Part shown: one piece after another, positions 19,306-27,331 of the stretch
Layout of the letters: each line of letters begins with the position of its first letter
Numbering within the stretch: the first letter of the stretch is position 1
Virus record (IMG/VR): IMGVR_UViG_3300033512_000165
Location: 1 to 55,397 of that record
Direction: 5' to 3' (one strand)
DNA: 55,397 nt
DNA from: a virus
Lineage: Duplodnaviria; Caudoviricetes
The notes under the pieces: generated by a model
Database searches by the model: none
The model's input: the letters and a program-made list of their open reading frames with translations, nothing else
What the model was told of the DNA's origin: nothing
Made by a program: the position numbers and the translations under genes

Positions 19306-19695
19306 TTATTTAACTTCTATTTTATTTGAATATTGTTCTTTAAAAGGAAGTGTTATAGATAATATACCATTTTGATATTTACATGTGATATTATCTTTAT
19401 TAATATCTTCTTGAATAGTAAATTTATATTCTTTTTGATTATTTTTTGTACTACCCCATAAAACTTTTGTATTATTATCACCTTCCAGTTTAACTGCTTT
19501 TACAAATAGTTTATTTTTAACTACTTTAACTTCTATATCACTTTTATCAAAACCAGGTAAATCAATATCCAATACTTGGGTTGTTTCATCTATTTGTTTT
19601 AATACTGAATTTGATGGTAATGTTGATGTTGCTTTACCAAAATCTGTAAATGAGTTATAAAAAACTTCATCTAATAGTAAATCTAATTTGTTCAT
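19306..19695 (-). CDS. small heat-shock protein (Hsp20/alpha-crystallin)
   Basis: DLPGFDKSDIEV and CKYQNGILSITLP, C-terminal IEV. Confidence 0.9.
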   Translation of the reverse strand: MNKLDLLLDEVFYNSFTDFGKATSTLPSNSVLKQIDETTQVLDIDLPGFDKSDIEVKVVKNKLFVKAVKLEGDNNTKVLWGSTKNNQKEYKFTIQEDINKDNITCKYQNGILSITLPFKEQYSNKIEVK

Positions 19696-19765
19696 GTGTT
19701 TTTATTTTTTTTGTTGTTAATAATTTATTTAAACTAAAACAAATATTGTACAAATTAAATTTATG

Positions 19766-19860
19766 TGTCAAAATTACAGAATTATTAAAATCAAACTGTC
19801 AAAATTACAGTCTATATGTCAAAATTACATAAATAACATCATTTAACTGTCAAAATTACA
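19766..19860. repeat. four copies of TGTCAAAATTACA upstream of hsp20 (operator-like)
   Basis: Exact 13-mers at 19766, 19797, 19817 and 19848. Confidence 0.85.
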
Positions 19861-20404
19861 GTTTAATTTTATCCAAATCCAAAGTATTAATATTATCATA
19901 TAAATCAAAAATAGCAATTTCTAAAGCTATATTAAATATATCAAATAATGAGTATATTTTATAATATAGAGGAATATTATCATTGTTCATAAAAACCCAT
20001 AAAACATCAAAAATAAATTTTATATTTTGATTATGATTTATTTTAAATATATTTTCGTATATTACTTCATAATAAATATTACCTAAAATATTATTTGTTA
20101 GTTTTATTAATTTATTTTTAATATTTTTTTCATAATCTAAAATAATATCTTTGATTATATTATAACTATATTGTACTAAATCCTCTTTTTTAAATGTATT
20201 TAAAAAATCATATCTACTTAATATATGATATGAATATTTTTTAATTGATTTGTATTTTTCGGTAAGTATTATTGAATATATTGTTTTATTAAAATCATGT
20301 CCTACTGTTTTTTTAAATTTATCTATTCTCCTACTATTTTTTTGTTTAAATAAATTATGTTTTTTTAATTTATATAAATAAAAATATCTCCTAAATATAT
20401 TCAT
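19856..20404 (-). CDS. hypothetical protein
   Basis: 182-aa ORF. Confidence 0.55.
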   Translation of the reverse strand: MNIFRRYFYLYKLKKHNLFKQKNSRRIDKFKKTVGHDFNKTIYSIILTEKYKSIKKYSYHILSRYDFLNTFKKEDLVQYSYNIIKDIILDYEKNIKNKLIKLTNNILGNIYYEVIYENIFKINHNQNIKFIFDVLWVFMNNDNIPLYYKIYSLFDIFNIALEIAIFDLYDNINTLDLDKIKL

Positions 20405-20410
20405 AGTTCT

Positions 20411-20671
20411 TTAAAAATATGATTTAACACTAATTTGTTCTAAATTATTAATAAATTTAAAAATTGTATGTTCTTTTTTATTACTATCTATAATTTTAAT
20501 ACCGTTTAATAAATTTTCATCATTATTATTAATTATCTTCATAAGAGTATTAAATGCATGTCCTTTAAAAAATGTTCCTTTCATATTATTTGTACCCAAA
20601 TGAAATTCATCAAAAATCATATCTTGTTCTGTATAACCGGGTAATATTAAAAAATAATCTACTTTATTCAT
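20411..20671 (-). CDS. hypothetical protein
   Basis: 86-aa ORF overlapping the upstream stop. Confidence 0.6.
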   Translation of the reverse strand: MNKVDYFLILPGYTEQDMIFDEFHLGTNNMKGTFFKGHAFNTLMKIINNNDENLLNGIKIIDSNKKEHTIFKFINNLEQISVKSYF

Positions 20672-21198
20672 TTTAATCCTGTATCTTTCATTGTTTTATC
20701 TTCAAATTTAAAATCAATTAGTTTCATAGCAGTAATTCTATCTACTTTAAATGTTCTATATGCATCTTCAAAAGTTGTATGAGTAAAAGGACGTATTTTA
20801 CTATTATAAAATGATTTGGCTTCTGCTTCAGACATTTTAACTTTAGGGAAATCAAATTTAATCATTAAATATTTTCTTCCTTGTTCCATTACTAATCCAA
20901 CTTTTTTAATCCAACTCCTAAAATAAGATGGTCTAACATTCGTTAATTTAATACAATGCATATATCCATGATAATTAGGATGTAGTACAAGTATTATATA
21001 TTTTTTAGGTGTTGTTAAAACAGTTTTTTTACTTTCGTTTGTTTTAATTTTATCAGTTTTTTTATAATATGTTTCACATATATATCCTGCATGTACTTTT
21101 GATTTAACAATTGTAAATGCTTTATCTATTCTTCCTTTATAATATGAAAAATATTTTGAATCGTCATCTGAAAAAGCATATTTTCTAAAAAATGGCAT
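20668..21198 (-). CDS. basic late protein, possibly DNA end-protector (T4 gp2)-like
   Basis: Late motif at 21208-21221; P..IILVL...H..L and AYRTF...I loosely resemble gp2. Confidence 0.4.
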   Translation of the reverse strand: MPFFRKYAFSDDDSKYFSYYKGRIDKAFTIVKSKVHAGYICETYYKKTDKIKTNESKKTVLTTPKKYIILVLHPNYHGYMHCIKLTNVRPSYFRSWIKKVGLVMEQGRKYLMIKFDFPKVKMSEAEAKSFYNSKIRPFTHTTFEDAYRTFKVDRITAMKLIDFKFEDKTMKDTGLK

Positions 21199-21207
21199 AT
21201 TTATTAT

Positions 21208-21221
21208 TTTTAAATAAATAC
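21208..21221 (-). promoter_or_regulatory. putative late promoter
   Basis: GTATTTATTTAAAA on - strand. Confidence 0.65.
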
Positions 21222-21228
21222 TATAATA

Positions 21229-21260
21229 AAAAAGTCTTAAAACTAAATTTAAGACCTTTT
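21229..21260. terminator. intrinsic terminator
   Basis: GTCTTAAA...TTTAAGAC hairpin flanked by A and T tracts. Confidence 0.65.
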
Positions 21261-21266
21261 TTAATA

Positions 21267-22511
21267 CTAAATATATTTATTATTATTAACTAAAATTCCT
21301 TTGAATGAGTTGTTTATTTTGATAGGTAAATTAACAAATTTCTTAGTGAATTGTTCAACAGTTTCATTTGCTATTTTAACAAATTCCTTACTTATAACAT
21401 TACTATCAAAATTAGATAAAATATGATTTCTATTATTATTTTTAATTTTATTAACTTTATCAGTATTATAAATATTAAACATTTTTATACTAAAATCTTC
21501 CATTGTATTTGTAAATGATGAATAAACATATTGATTTTTAAACATACTATTCAAATACTGTCTTTTTGTATTAACTAAATTATCATTATTTACAATATAA
21601 TCTGTATTACTTCCTGTTTTATTTGTTATAACATTAATACCGCAACTCATTGCTCTTAATGTATTATACGATAGTAAATTAAGAGGTTTATTATCAAAAT
21701 ATAAATTACTTATACTAAATAAAAAGTTTAAATCTTTATCGGATAAACTTTTAGTAATATGTACAACATTTAATTTATCTGATAAATTATAATTAATATA
21801 ATTTTTGGTTTGTTCATTACTATCCAATAATACCAATGCAATACTTCTTCTAATATTATAAGGCACTTGTTGTATAAAATGAATAAATGTTTCTATATTT
21901 AATGGATGATTTTCTGCTATTACTCTATATTTATTATTTTTTAAAACTAATTCTAAATCATTATTTTCAACATACCCATTAAATATAGAAGTGTCAATAT
22001 TTGTAGGTAAATATTTTATTTTTGATATATCCCTTTTATTTAATACTTTTTTAGCGTTATTAACGGCTGTTTCATTCATACATAGTATTTTATCAGCCAC
22101 TTCATAATATGGTTTAAAACCGTACACAATAGGATTACTAACCCAATGATTATATACTAATACAGGAGTTGAATTAAGAATATCTATTTCACTAAATATA
22201 AAATCATATTCCGTTAAATCATTATTTGCTATTAATATTAAATTCGGACTTTCTTGTTCAATAACTTCTCTAAATAATACACTTGATTTATCACTTTGTA
22301 AATTAAATGGATAAATTAATAAACTTCCTTTACCATTTAATGCTTCTAAATTATACTCTATAATATTTCCATATTCAGGATGATTATCATTATAATAATG
22401 TCCTAAATTAACCCATTGTATTTCTTCACTTGTTTTTAATACTATATTAAATAGTGATATACTTTGTTCATCTTCTAATCTAATGTCGTTGGATAATAAT
22501 AATATTTTCAT
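21267..22511 (-). CDS. GT-B (family 4-like) glycosyltransferase, divergent
   Basis: MKILLLS start, IDTSIF, LRAMSCG.NVI...GS motif (the usual Glu is replaced). Confidence 0.65.
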   Translation of the reverse strand: MKILLLSNDIRLEDEQSISLFNIVLKTSEEIQWVNLGHYYNDNHPEYGNIIEYNLEALNGKGSLLIYPFNLQSDKSSVLFREVIEQESPNLILIANNDLTEYDFIFSEIDILNSTPVLVYNHWVSNPIVYGFKPYYEVADKILCMNETAVNNAKKVLNKRDISKIKYLPTNIDTSIFNGYVENNDLELVLKNNKYRVIAENHPLNIETFIHFIQQVPYNIRRSIALVLLDSNEQTKNYINYNLSDKLNVVHITKSLSDKDLNFLFSISNLYFDNKPLNLLSYNTLRAMSCGINVITNKTGSNTDYIVNNDNLVNTKRQYLNSMFKNQYVYSSFTNTMEDFSIKMFNIYNTDKVNKIKNNNRNHILSNFDSNVISKEFVKIANETVEQFTKKFVNLPIKINNSFKGILVNNNKYI

Positions 22512-22918
22512 TTTAATATTCTTTTTAAATCTTTATTTTTTATATTTAATTTATTTCTGTTTAACTTATTTAGTATAAATACTGTAGGTATTATATTTAA
22601 TGTATCAATAATTTCTTTATTTGTTGTGGCGTATATATACTTCACTTTATCATTTATGTATTTATATTCACTTTTCATTATCAAATTTAAATTTGAATTA
22701 TAATAATAAATATTATCAGTTTCATTTATATACTTTTCGTAAATCAAATGAATATCTATTTTGACAATCATATTCTTTGGGACATATATTGAACTATATC
22801 CTGTTATAATATTATTTTGATGTACATATTGTACAATATCAAATTTATTTGTTATGATATTATAAAAATAATCATTTTCATTTAAATCTGTGTTATTTTG
22901 AGTGTGAAGTAAATACAT
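22508..22918 (-). CDS. hypothetical protein
   Basis: 136-aa ORF. Confidence 0.55.
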   Translation of the reverse strand: MYLLHTQNNTDLNENDYFYNIITNKFDIVQYVHQNNIITGYSSIYVPKNMIVKIDIHLIYEKYINETDNIYYYNSNLNLIMKSEYKYINDKVKYIYATTNKEIIDTLNIIPTVFILNKLNRNKLNIKNKDLKRILK

Positions 22919-22943
22919 TTTTATTTTAAAACAAATAAAATAA

Positions 22944-22975
22944 AAAAAGTTTAATATATAAATATTAAACTTTTT
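22944..22975. terminator. intrinsic terminator
   Basis: AAAAAGTTTAATAT...ATATTAAACTTTTT. Confidence 0.7.
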
Positions 22976-22987
22976 AAATCAACTAAT

Positions 22988-23371
22988 TTATTCAAAATAA
23001 TTATTTGATTTTTGTTTTTTTATAGTATTTTCTAATAATTTAATTTTATTAATTAATAATTCGACATTTTTATCAGTGTAGTTTCTTGTTTCTTTATTTA
23101 AATCTTCTATATATTTTGAATTTATTTTATTTATATAATTCATAATTGTATCCGTGTCTGATTTTTTGATACTCATATCAAAATTTTTAGAATTTTGTTC
23201 CATTAAATATTTGACATTTATTTCAAGGCATGATATTTTTAAATCATCATCAATTATATCATTATCAATTATAATTTTTTTAACTTGTTTAAATGAATTA
23301 AAAATTAAATTGAGAGGGATATATAGAATGGTTACTATAATAACATAAACATATTTTAATACTGTTTTCAT
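22988..23371 (-). CDS. membrane-anchored coiled-coil protein
   Basis: N-terminal hydrophobic segment. Confidence 0.55.
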   Translation of the reverse strand: MKTVLKYVYVIIVTILYIPLNLIFNSFKQVKKIIIDNDIIDDDLKISCLEINVKYLMEQNSKNFDMSIKKSDTDTIMNYINKINSKYIEDLNKETRNYTDKNVELLINKIKLLENTIKKQKSNNYFE

Positions 23372-23397
23372 ATTTTTTGTTTTTAATTGTTTTTTAA

Positions 23398-23943
23398 TTA
23401 TTGTTTCATTATTTTAAAACATTCAAGTATTGCAAAATGTCTTGCCTGTAGTTTAAGTAATGACCCACCGTTAATACCTGTATAAGAATTAGTATTATTT
23501 AATTCGTTTTTTCTTAATAATAAGTATATTTCTTTATTTATATTAATTGACATATTATTTAAGGTAAACCAATCAATTAACCATTCATTTAGAATACCTA
23601 ATACTGATTTATTTGTTATATTATAATTATTCAAATCAATTATTTCAGATATAATTGTGTTATACCAAAACTCCAACCATTCTATATTTGCATTCATTAA
23701 AGGTTTATAACTACTACTTCCTTTTGATATATTTGATAAATCACCTGTTTCATTAAATATCCATTCAATTAAGTCTTGATAATCAGGGGACAATATAATA
23801 TCTTGTTTATAAAATCTACTATCAAAATTAATTATTTCATTATTATTTTCTAATGTTTTTGATGTATTATAGCATTTTGTACATGTTTTATTAAAACCTT
23901 TTTCTTTAGCAATTTCTGCCAATTTTTTATTTATATATTTCAT
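23398..23943 (-). CDS. hypothetical protein
   Basis: 181-aa ORF with LAEIAKEKGF N-terminus. Confidence 0.65.
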   Translation of the reverse strand: MKYINKKLAEIAKEKGFNKTCTKCYNTSKTLENNNEIINFDSRFYKQDIILSPDYQDLIEWIFNETGDLSNISKGSSSYKPLMNANIEWLEFWYNTIISEIIDLNNYNITNKSVLGILNEWLIDWFTLNNMSININKEIYLLLRKNELNNTNSYTGINGGSLLKLQARHFAILECFKIMKQ

Positions 23944-24075
23944 TGTTTTTATTTTTTAATTGTTAATTAATATCAATACTTTAACATTATATTTAATTCG
24001 AAACAGATGATAATAACCCAGCAACCATTTCACAAAAACCTCTTACATCTTTTGATGTTGTTACATCATACTTAT

Positions 24076-24282
24076 TTACTCGTTTAAATCTGGAATAATC
24101 TTTTTTATATAGTAATTCTCGGTCAATAAATGCTTCATATTCTGTACCAATGAAAACAGAAAATTCAAACAATTTGTACTCAAAAAATGCTCATTATCAA
24201 ACTCATTGAACTTATTTTCGTTTGTTTTTACATAATTTATATTATGCTTTTTAAATTCATTTTTTAATTCTTGTAAATTCAT
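24076..24282 (-). CDS. hypothetical early protein
   Basis: First ORF after the early promoter at 24313-24368. Confidence 0.55.
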   Translation of the reverse strand: MNLQELKNEFKKHNINYVKTNENKFNEFDNEHFLSTNCLNFLFSLVQNMKHLLTENYYIKKIIPDLNE

Positions 24283-24312
24283 TTATTTATTTTTTAACTG
24301 TTAATAATAACA

Positions 24313-24368
24313 CAAAGATAAACTATTTATTTCTGAAATACAAATTATTTATTGTTAATAAATGTTAA
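24313..24368 (-). promoter_or_regulatory. early promoter with TTAACA repeat
   Basis: TTAACATTTATTAACA..TTTG..TATCTTTG on - strand. Confidence 0.85.
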
Positions 24369-24437
24369 AATAAAAAAACACATACAAATAAATGTACATG
24401 TTTTAATCTATTAACAATTAATTAAAAAAATGAGTAG

Positions 24438-24509
24438 CACTCCGTATGAGATTCGAACTCATGACTTGAGATTGAAGGTCTCACGACTTAACCACTTGTC
24501 GAACGGAGT
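24438..24509 (-). tRNA. tRNA-Glu(UUC) with atypical C33
   Basis: Cloverleaf ACTCCGT/ACGGAGT, anticodon arm TGAGA-CCTTCAA-TCTCA, T loop TTCGAAT. Confidence 0.85.
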
Positions 24510-24518
24510 ATAATAAAA

Positions 24519-24593
24519 ATCTCAAAGTAAGATTCGAACTTACGGTTGTACACTTTTGCAGAGTGTTACCTTGGACCACTCGGTCATTTGAGC
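24519..24593 (-). tRNA. tRNA-Cys(GCA)
   Basis: ACACT-CTGCAAA-AGTGT; U73; G1-A72 mismatch. Confidence 0.88.
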
Positions 24594-24598
24594 GTATG

Positions 24599-24669
24599 AT
24601 GTTCTAAAAGGACTCGAACCTTTAATATCAGAATCAAAATCTGAGGTATTACCATTATACTATAGAACA
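24599..24669 (-). tRNA. tRNA-Gln(UUG)
   Basis: TGTTCTA/TAGAACA acceptor, TCAGA-TTTTGAT-TCTGA. Confidence 0.92.
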
Positions 24670-24673
24670 ATAG

Positions 24674-24760
24674 CGGAAAGTGTAGGATTCGAACCTACGG
24701 ATGCCTTTCGGCATCGCATGTTTAGCAAACATGTGGATTAAACCACTCTCCCAACTTTCC
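24674..24760 (-). tRNA. tRNA-Ser(GCU)
   Basis: CATGT-TTGCTAA-ACATG, long variable arm GATGCC-GAAA-GGCATC. Confidence 0.95.
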
Positions 24761-24766
24761 TTTTTG

Positions 24767-24839
24767 CTCACAAGGTTGGACTTGAACCAACGACACTCGG
24801 ATTAACAGTCCGATGCTCTACCAACTGAGCTACATGTGA
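24767..24839 (-). tRNA. tRNA-Asn(GUU)
   Basis: TCGGA-CTGTTAA-TCCGA, canonical D and T arms. Confidence 0.93.
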
Positions 24840-24895
24840 ATATAAATATTTTAAAAAATGTATTTGTAGCGGGAGGGTGATTCGAACACCCGACC

Positions 24896-25564
24896 TTATA
24901 TTAATCCAATATAATCTAATATATTAAATGTTCCATTTATTATATTTTGTATCTCTTTTAATTTAAGTACAAATAATTTTTCAGGAAAATATTTCCATTT
25001 CATTCTATCTCTTTCTCTTTCAAATCCCTTAACTTCAATATAAACATTTAATTCAGGAAGATAAAAATCAGGAAAATAAAAATGCCATTTTTCATTCCAA
25101 AAATAATTAAATGGTTTTTTAATTTTATTAGTCCATTTTATATTTTTAGAATTTAAATGTTCGGCTACTATCAATTCCCAATTTCCACTCAATTTAGTAT
25201 TGTTTCCAAAACTATCAACAAACTCAATACTTTTAGTTCTCACACAAACATTTTTTGACGAATATGATTCAGGCTTGTTTAAAACTATCTGTTTCATTAA
25301 ATCACTTTGTTTTTTTTTATTTTCCGCTGTCCAATACTTTAAATTAGTTTCCTTTGAACGAATACTTATTTTAGCACGTTGTTCTTCCGAATAAACTCTT
25401 TTCGCATTAGTATTTTTTTCTTTCATTATTTTGGAATGTTTACTCCGTTTTTCTTCATTCCAATCCTCATTATAAGTTTTTTTTCTATTTGGATTTAACT
25501 TGCAATACGTTTGATGTGATTTACCATATTTTTTTAATTCTTTCCCACAAAATAGACAATTCAT
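24896..25564 (-). CDS. putative homing endonuclease: Zn finger, NUMOD3-like repeats, PD-(D/E)xK nuclease
   Basis: CLFC..H..C, YSEEQRAKIS-type repeats, YFPDFYLPELNVYIEVKG. Confidence 0.8.
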   Translation of the reverse strand: MNCLFCGKELKKYGKSHQTYCKLNPNRKKTYNEDWNEEKRSKHSKIMKEKNTNAKRVYSEEQRAKISIRSKETNLKYWTAENKKKQSDLMKQIVLNKPESYSSKNVCVRTKSIEFVDSFGNNTKLSGNWELIVAEHLNSKNIKWTNKIKKPFNYFWNEKWHFYFPDFYLPELNVYIEVKGFERERDRMKWKYFPEKLFVLKLKEIQNIINGTFNILDYIGLI

Positions 25565-25573
25565 ATTTTTAAA

Positions 25574-25600
25574 TTTAGTATATATAATATATATACTAAA
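25574..25600. promoter_or_regulatory. perfect 13-bp inverted repeat containing the late-promoter motif on both strands
   Basis: TTTAGTATATATA-A-TATATATACTAAA directly upstream of the endonuclease ATG. Confidence 0.6.
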
Positions 25601-25685
25601 ATTAAAATATTTAGTCTATCGAGTTATCCTAACCACTGCTCCATCCCGCAATATTTTAATTTAAAACATCAATTAAGAGTTTTAG

Positions 25686-25757
25686 CGGTTCCAACGAGAT
25701 TCGAACTCGTGTTACCTGCGTGACAGGCAGGCGTGCTAACCACTACACTATAAAACC
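25686..25757 (-). tRNA. tRNA-Asp(GUC)
   Basis: CCTGC-CTGTCAC-GCAGG, G73. Confidence 0.93.
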
Positions 25758-25767
25758 TTTTTATAAA

Positions 25768-25822
25768 CAGAATATCATTTCTTTTTGTATCCTAAACAAA
25801 TTGATTATGCTGTTGATATTCT
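25768..25822 (-). ncRNA. ACAGCA stem RNA A (anticodon-like loop UU-AGG-AU)
   Basis: AGAAUAUCA-ACAGCA...UUUGU-UUAGGAU-ACAAA...UGAUAUUCU-G. Confidence 0.7.
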
Positions 25823-25826
25823 TTTT

Positions 25827-25883
25827 CAAATTATCATCTTTTTTTTGTACCATAAACAAATTAAAGTATGCTGTTGATAATTT
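25827..25883 (-). ncRNA. ACAGCA stem RNA B (loop UU-AUG-GU)
   Basis: AAAUUAUCA-ACAGCA...UUUGU-UUAUGGU-ACAAA...UGAUAAUUU-G. Confidence 0.7.
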
Positions 25884-25886
25884 TAT

Positions 25887-25952
25887 CGGATAAGTGTTTA
25901 ACGTTTTCAATTTAAAAGATTGATGTTTTGTTGTGTTTGCTGTAACTTATCC
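25887..25952 (-). ncRNA. ACAGCA stem RNA C (tRNA-Lys-type loop CU-UUU-AA)
   Basis: GGAUAAGU-UACAGCA...UCAAU-CUUUUAA-AUUGA...ACUUAUCC-G. Confidence 0.75.
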
Positions 25953-25956
25953 TATT

Positions 25957-26052
25957 CAACCTACGTTTAGGGAATCGAACCCAATGTCGTCTCAACCAGA
26001 GGACCGTAATGTATACAAGCATTATTTTTTTATAATTTGCTGTGTGTAGGTT
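25957..26052 (-). ncRNA. ACAGCA stem RNA D (anticodon-like hairpin plus T-arm)
   Basis: AACCUAC-ACACAGCA...UAAUG-CUUGUAUA-CAUUA...GGG-UUCGAUU-CCC...GUAGGUU-G. Confidence 0.7.
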
Positions 26053-26070
26053 TATTATTTTATTTAATAA

Positions 26071-26080
26071 ATCAAAGAAC
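26071..26080 (-). promoter_or_regulatory. boxA-like antitermination element
   Basis: GTTCTTTGAT upstream of the ncRNA/tRNA array; second copy GTTCTTTAAA at 26211-26220. Confidence 0.45.
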
Positions 26081-26230
26081 ATTTATTATATTTTAAATTA
26101 AGTAAAATATTTTGAATTAAATAAACAATTTTATTCTTTTATCAATAAAATATTCAACCACTGATTTTCCCTATTAGGTTTAAGTTTTAGTTTATTTAAT
26201 TAAATTAAATTTTAAAGAACTTATTTTTTG

Positions 26231-26303
26231 TGATTCAGTTGGGACTCGAACCCAAAACCTTATCATTAAAAGTGATATGCTCTACCAGTTGAGCTACTGA
26301 ATC
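26231..26303 (-). tRNA. tRNA-Lys(UUU)
   Basis: GATTCAG/CTGAATC acceptor, TATCA-CTTTTAA-TGATA. Confidence 0.95.
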
Positions 26304-26306
26304 ATT

Positions 26307-26687
26307 TTATATATTTATTAATCCAAATTCAGTTAATTTATCTCTGGATTCCTCTTTTGATATATTAATTAAATGTTTTTTAACATTATTAATAACCATA
26401 TTTGAATACATTTGTTTAATATATTCCATTGTTATTTTTTTTGAAACTATGTTTGTATTCTTTTTATCAAAAATATATTCCTTAATAGCCAATAGAATTT
26501 TATTTTTATAACCCTCACTATAATTAAGTAAGTTTATTTTTTGGTTAGTTAAATAACCATTAACAACTATTCTTAATTGATGTATTTTTGTCCCTTTTAA
26601 AAAAGTTATAGCGTATTCATTATAACCTTCTTTTATAAATACATCATTATTTAATTTAAATTTTGCTATTTTAAAATTTATTTTCAT
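26307..26687 (-). CDS. hypothetical protein
   Basis: 126-aa ORF. Confidence 0.65.
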   Translation of the reverse strand: MKINFKIAKFKLNNDVFIKEGYNEYAITFLKGTKIHQLRIVVNGYLTNQKINLLNYSEGYKNKILLAIKEYIFDKKNTNIVSKKITMEYIKQMYSNMVINNVKKHLINISKEESRDKLTEFGLINI

Positions 26688-26873
26688 AATTATAATTTAA
26701 ATAGATGAACAAACTCGAATTTACCGTATTTTTTATTTAAAATATGTTCTAAAGTTTCTTTTGATATTGATGACATAGTACCTGATTTCATTTCATTTGT
26801 TTTGAAAACATAAATTTTATAATTCCATTTTTTTGATATAATTTTAAGTTTTTATTTGTTAGTAATTATACAA

Positions 26874-26928
26874 CAAAGATAATATATTTTTCAAATAAAT
26901 ACAAATTAATTTTGTTAATAAAAGTTAA
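26874..26928 (-). promoter_or_regulatory. early promoter with TTAAC repeat
   Basis: TTAACTTTTATTAACA..TTTG..TATCTTTG. Confidence 0.85.
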
Positions 26929-26936
26929 AATGTTCA

Positions 26937-27268
26937 TTACCAATCTATATTTATTATATATTCTCCCGGTTCAATTAATCCTTTATTATATAAATCAGTT
27001 ATTAATGTATAAATATCAGGATAAAAATTTCTAAACCAAAATATATCAACCTCCCAATCACTCCCATTATTTCTCCATTTATTTCAATAGGAATTTCGTC
27101 ATTCATTTCATCATCATCAGTATAATCCGATGGAACATTAAAACTAAATGTTCCTCTACTTTTGCACCCTTCTTGTTGTTGAAAACTATAAGGTTTTTTA
27201 TAAGTGTCTGATATAAAATTGTCCCAATCATCCACTTCAATCATATTAGTCTTGTTATATTTAAGCAT
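26937..27268 (-). pseudogene. frameshifted hypothetical phage gene
   Basis: After EIMGV a more plausible C-terminus (DWEVDIFWFRNFYPD...GLIEPGEYIINIDW*) continues in another frame to 26937. Confidence 0.6.
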
Positions 27269-27288
27269 AAGTTTTTTATTTTGTTAAT

Positions 27289-27322
27289 AATTCCAAATGA
27301 AATATATGTACCATTTGGAATT
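27289..27322. terminator. hairpin after the DUF2828 gene
   Basis: AATTCCAAATG...CATTTGGAATT. Confidence 0.55.
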
Positions 27323-27331
27323 GTTATTTTT

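Larger units (their letters stand above)
24867..25650 (-). pseudogene. initiator tRNA-Met-like gene split by an endonuclease ORF
   Basis: 5' part TGCGGGATGGAGCAGTGGTTAG-G-ATAACTCGA (25650-25619); 3' part AGGTCGGGTGTTCGAATCACCCTCCCGCTA (24896-24867); 1:72 mismatch typical of initiators. Confidence 0.8.

Noticed and set aside
19766-19860. Mini-CRISPR or replication iterons
   Set aside because: 13-bp repeats with 7-18 bp gaps are too short for CRISPR; no initiator gene nearby, and the position upstream of hsp20 fits operators better
24438-24509. Opal suppressor tRNA (UCA)
   Set aside because: The 5-bp stem centres UUC in the 7-nt loop and the body resembles tRNA-Glu
24896-25620. Group I intron in tRNA-fMet
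   Set aside because: No recognisable core elements, minimal non-coding flank, insertion outside the anticodon loop, and the 5' exon is itself deleted
25768-26052. CRISPR array
   Set aside because: Units share structure and a 6-nt motif, not an identical direct repeat with unique spacers; no cas genes
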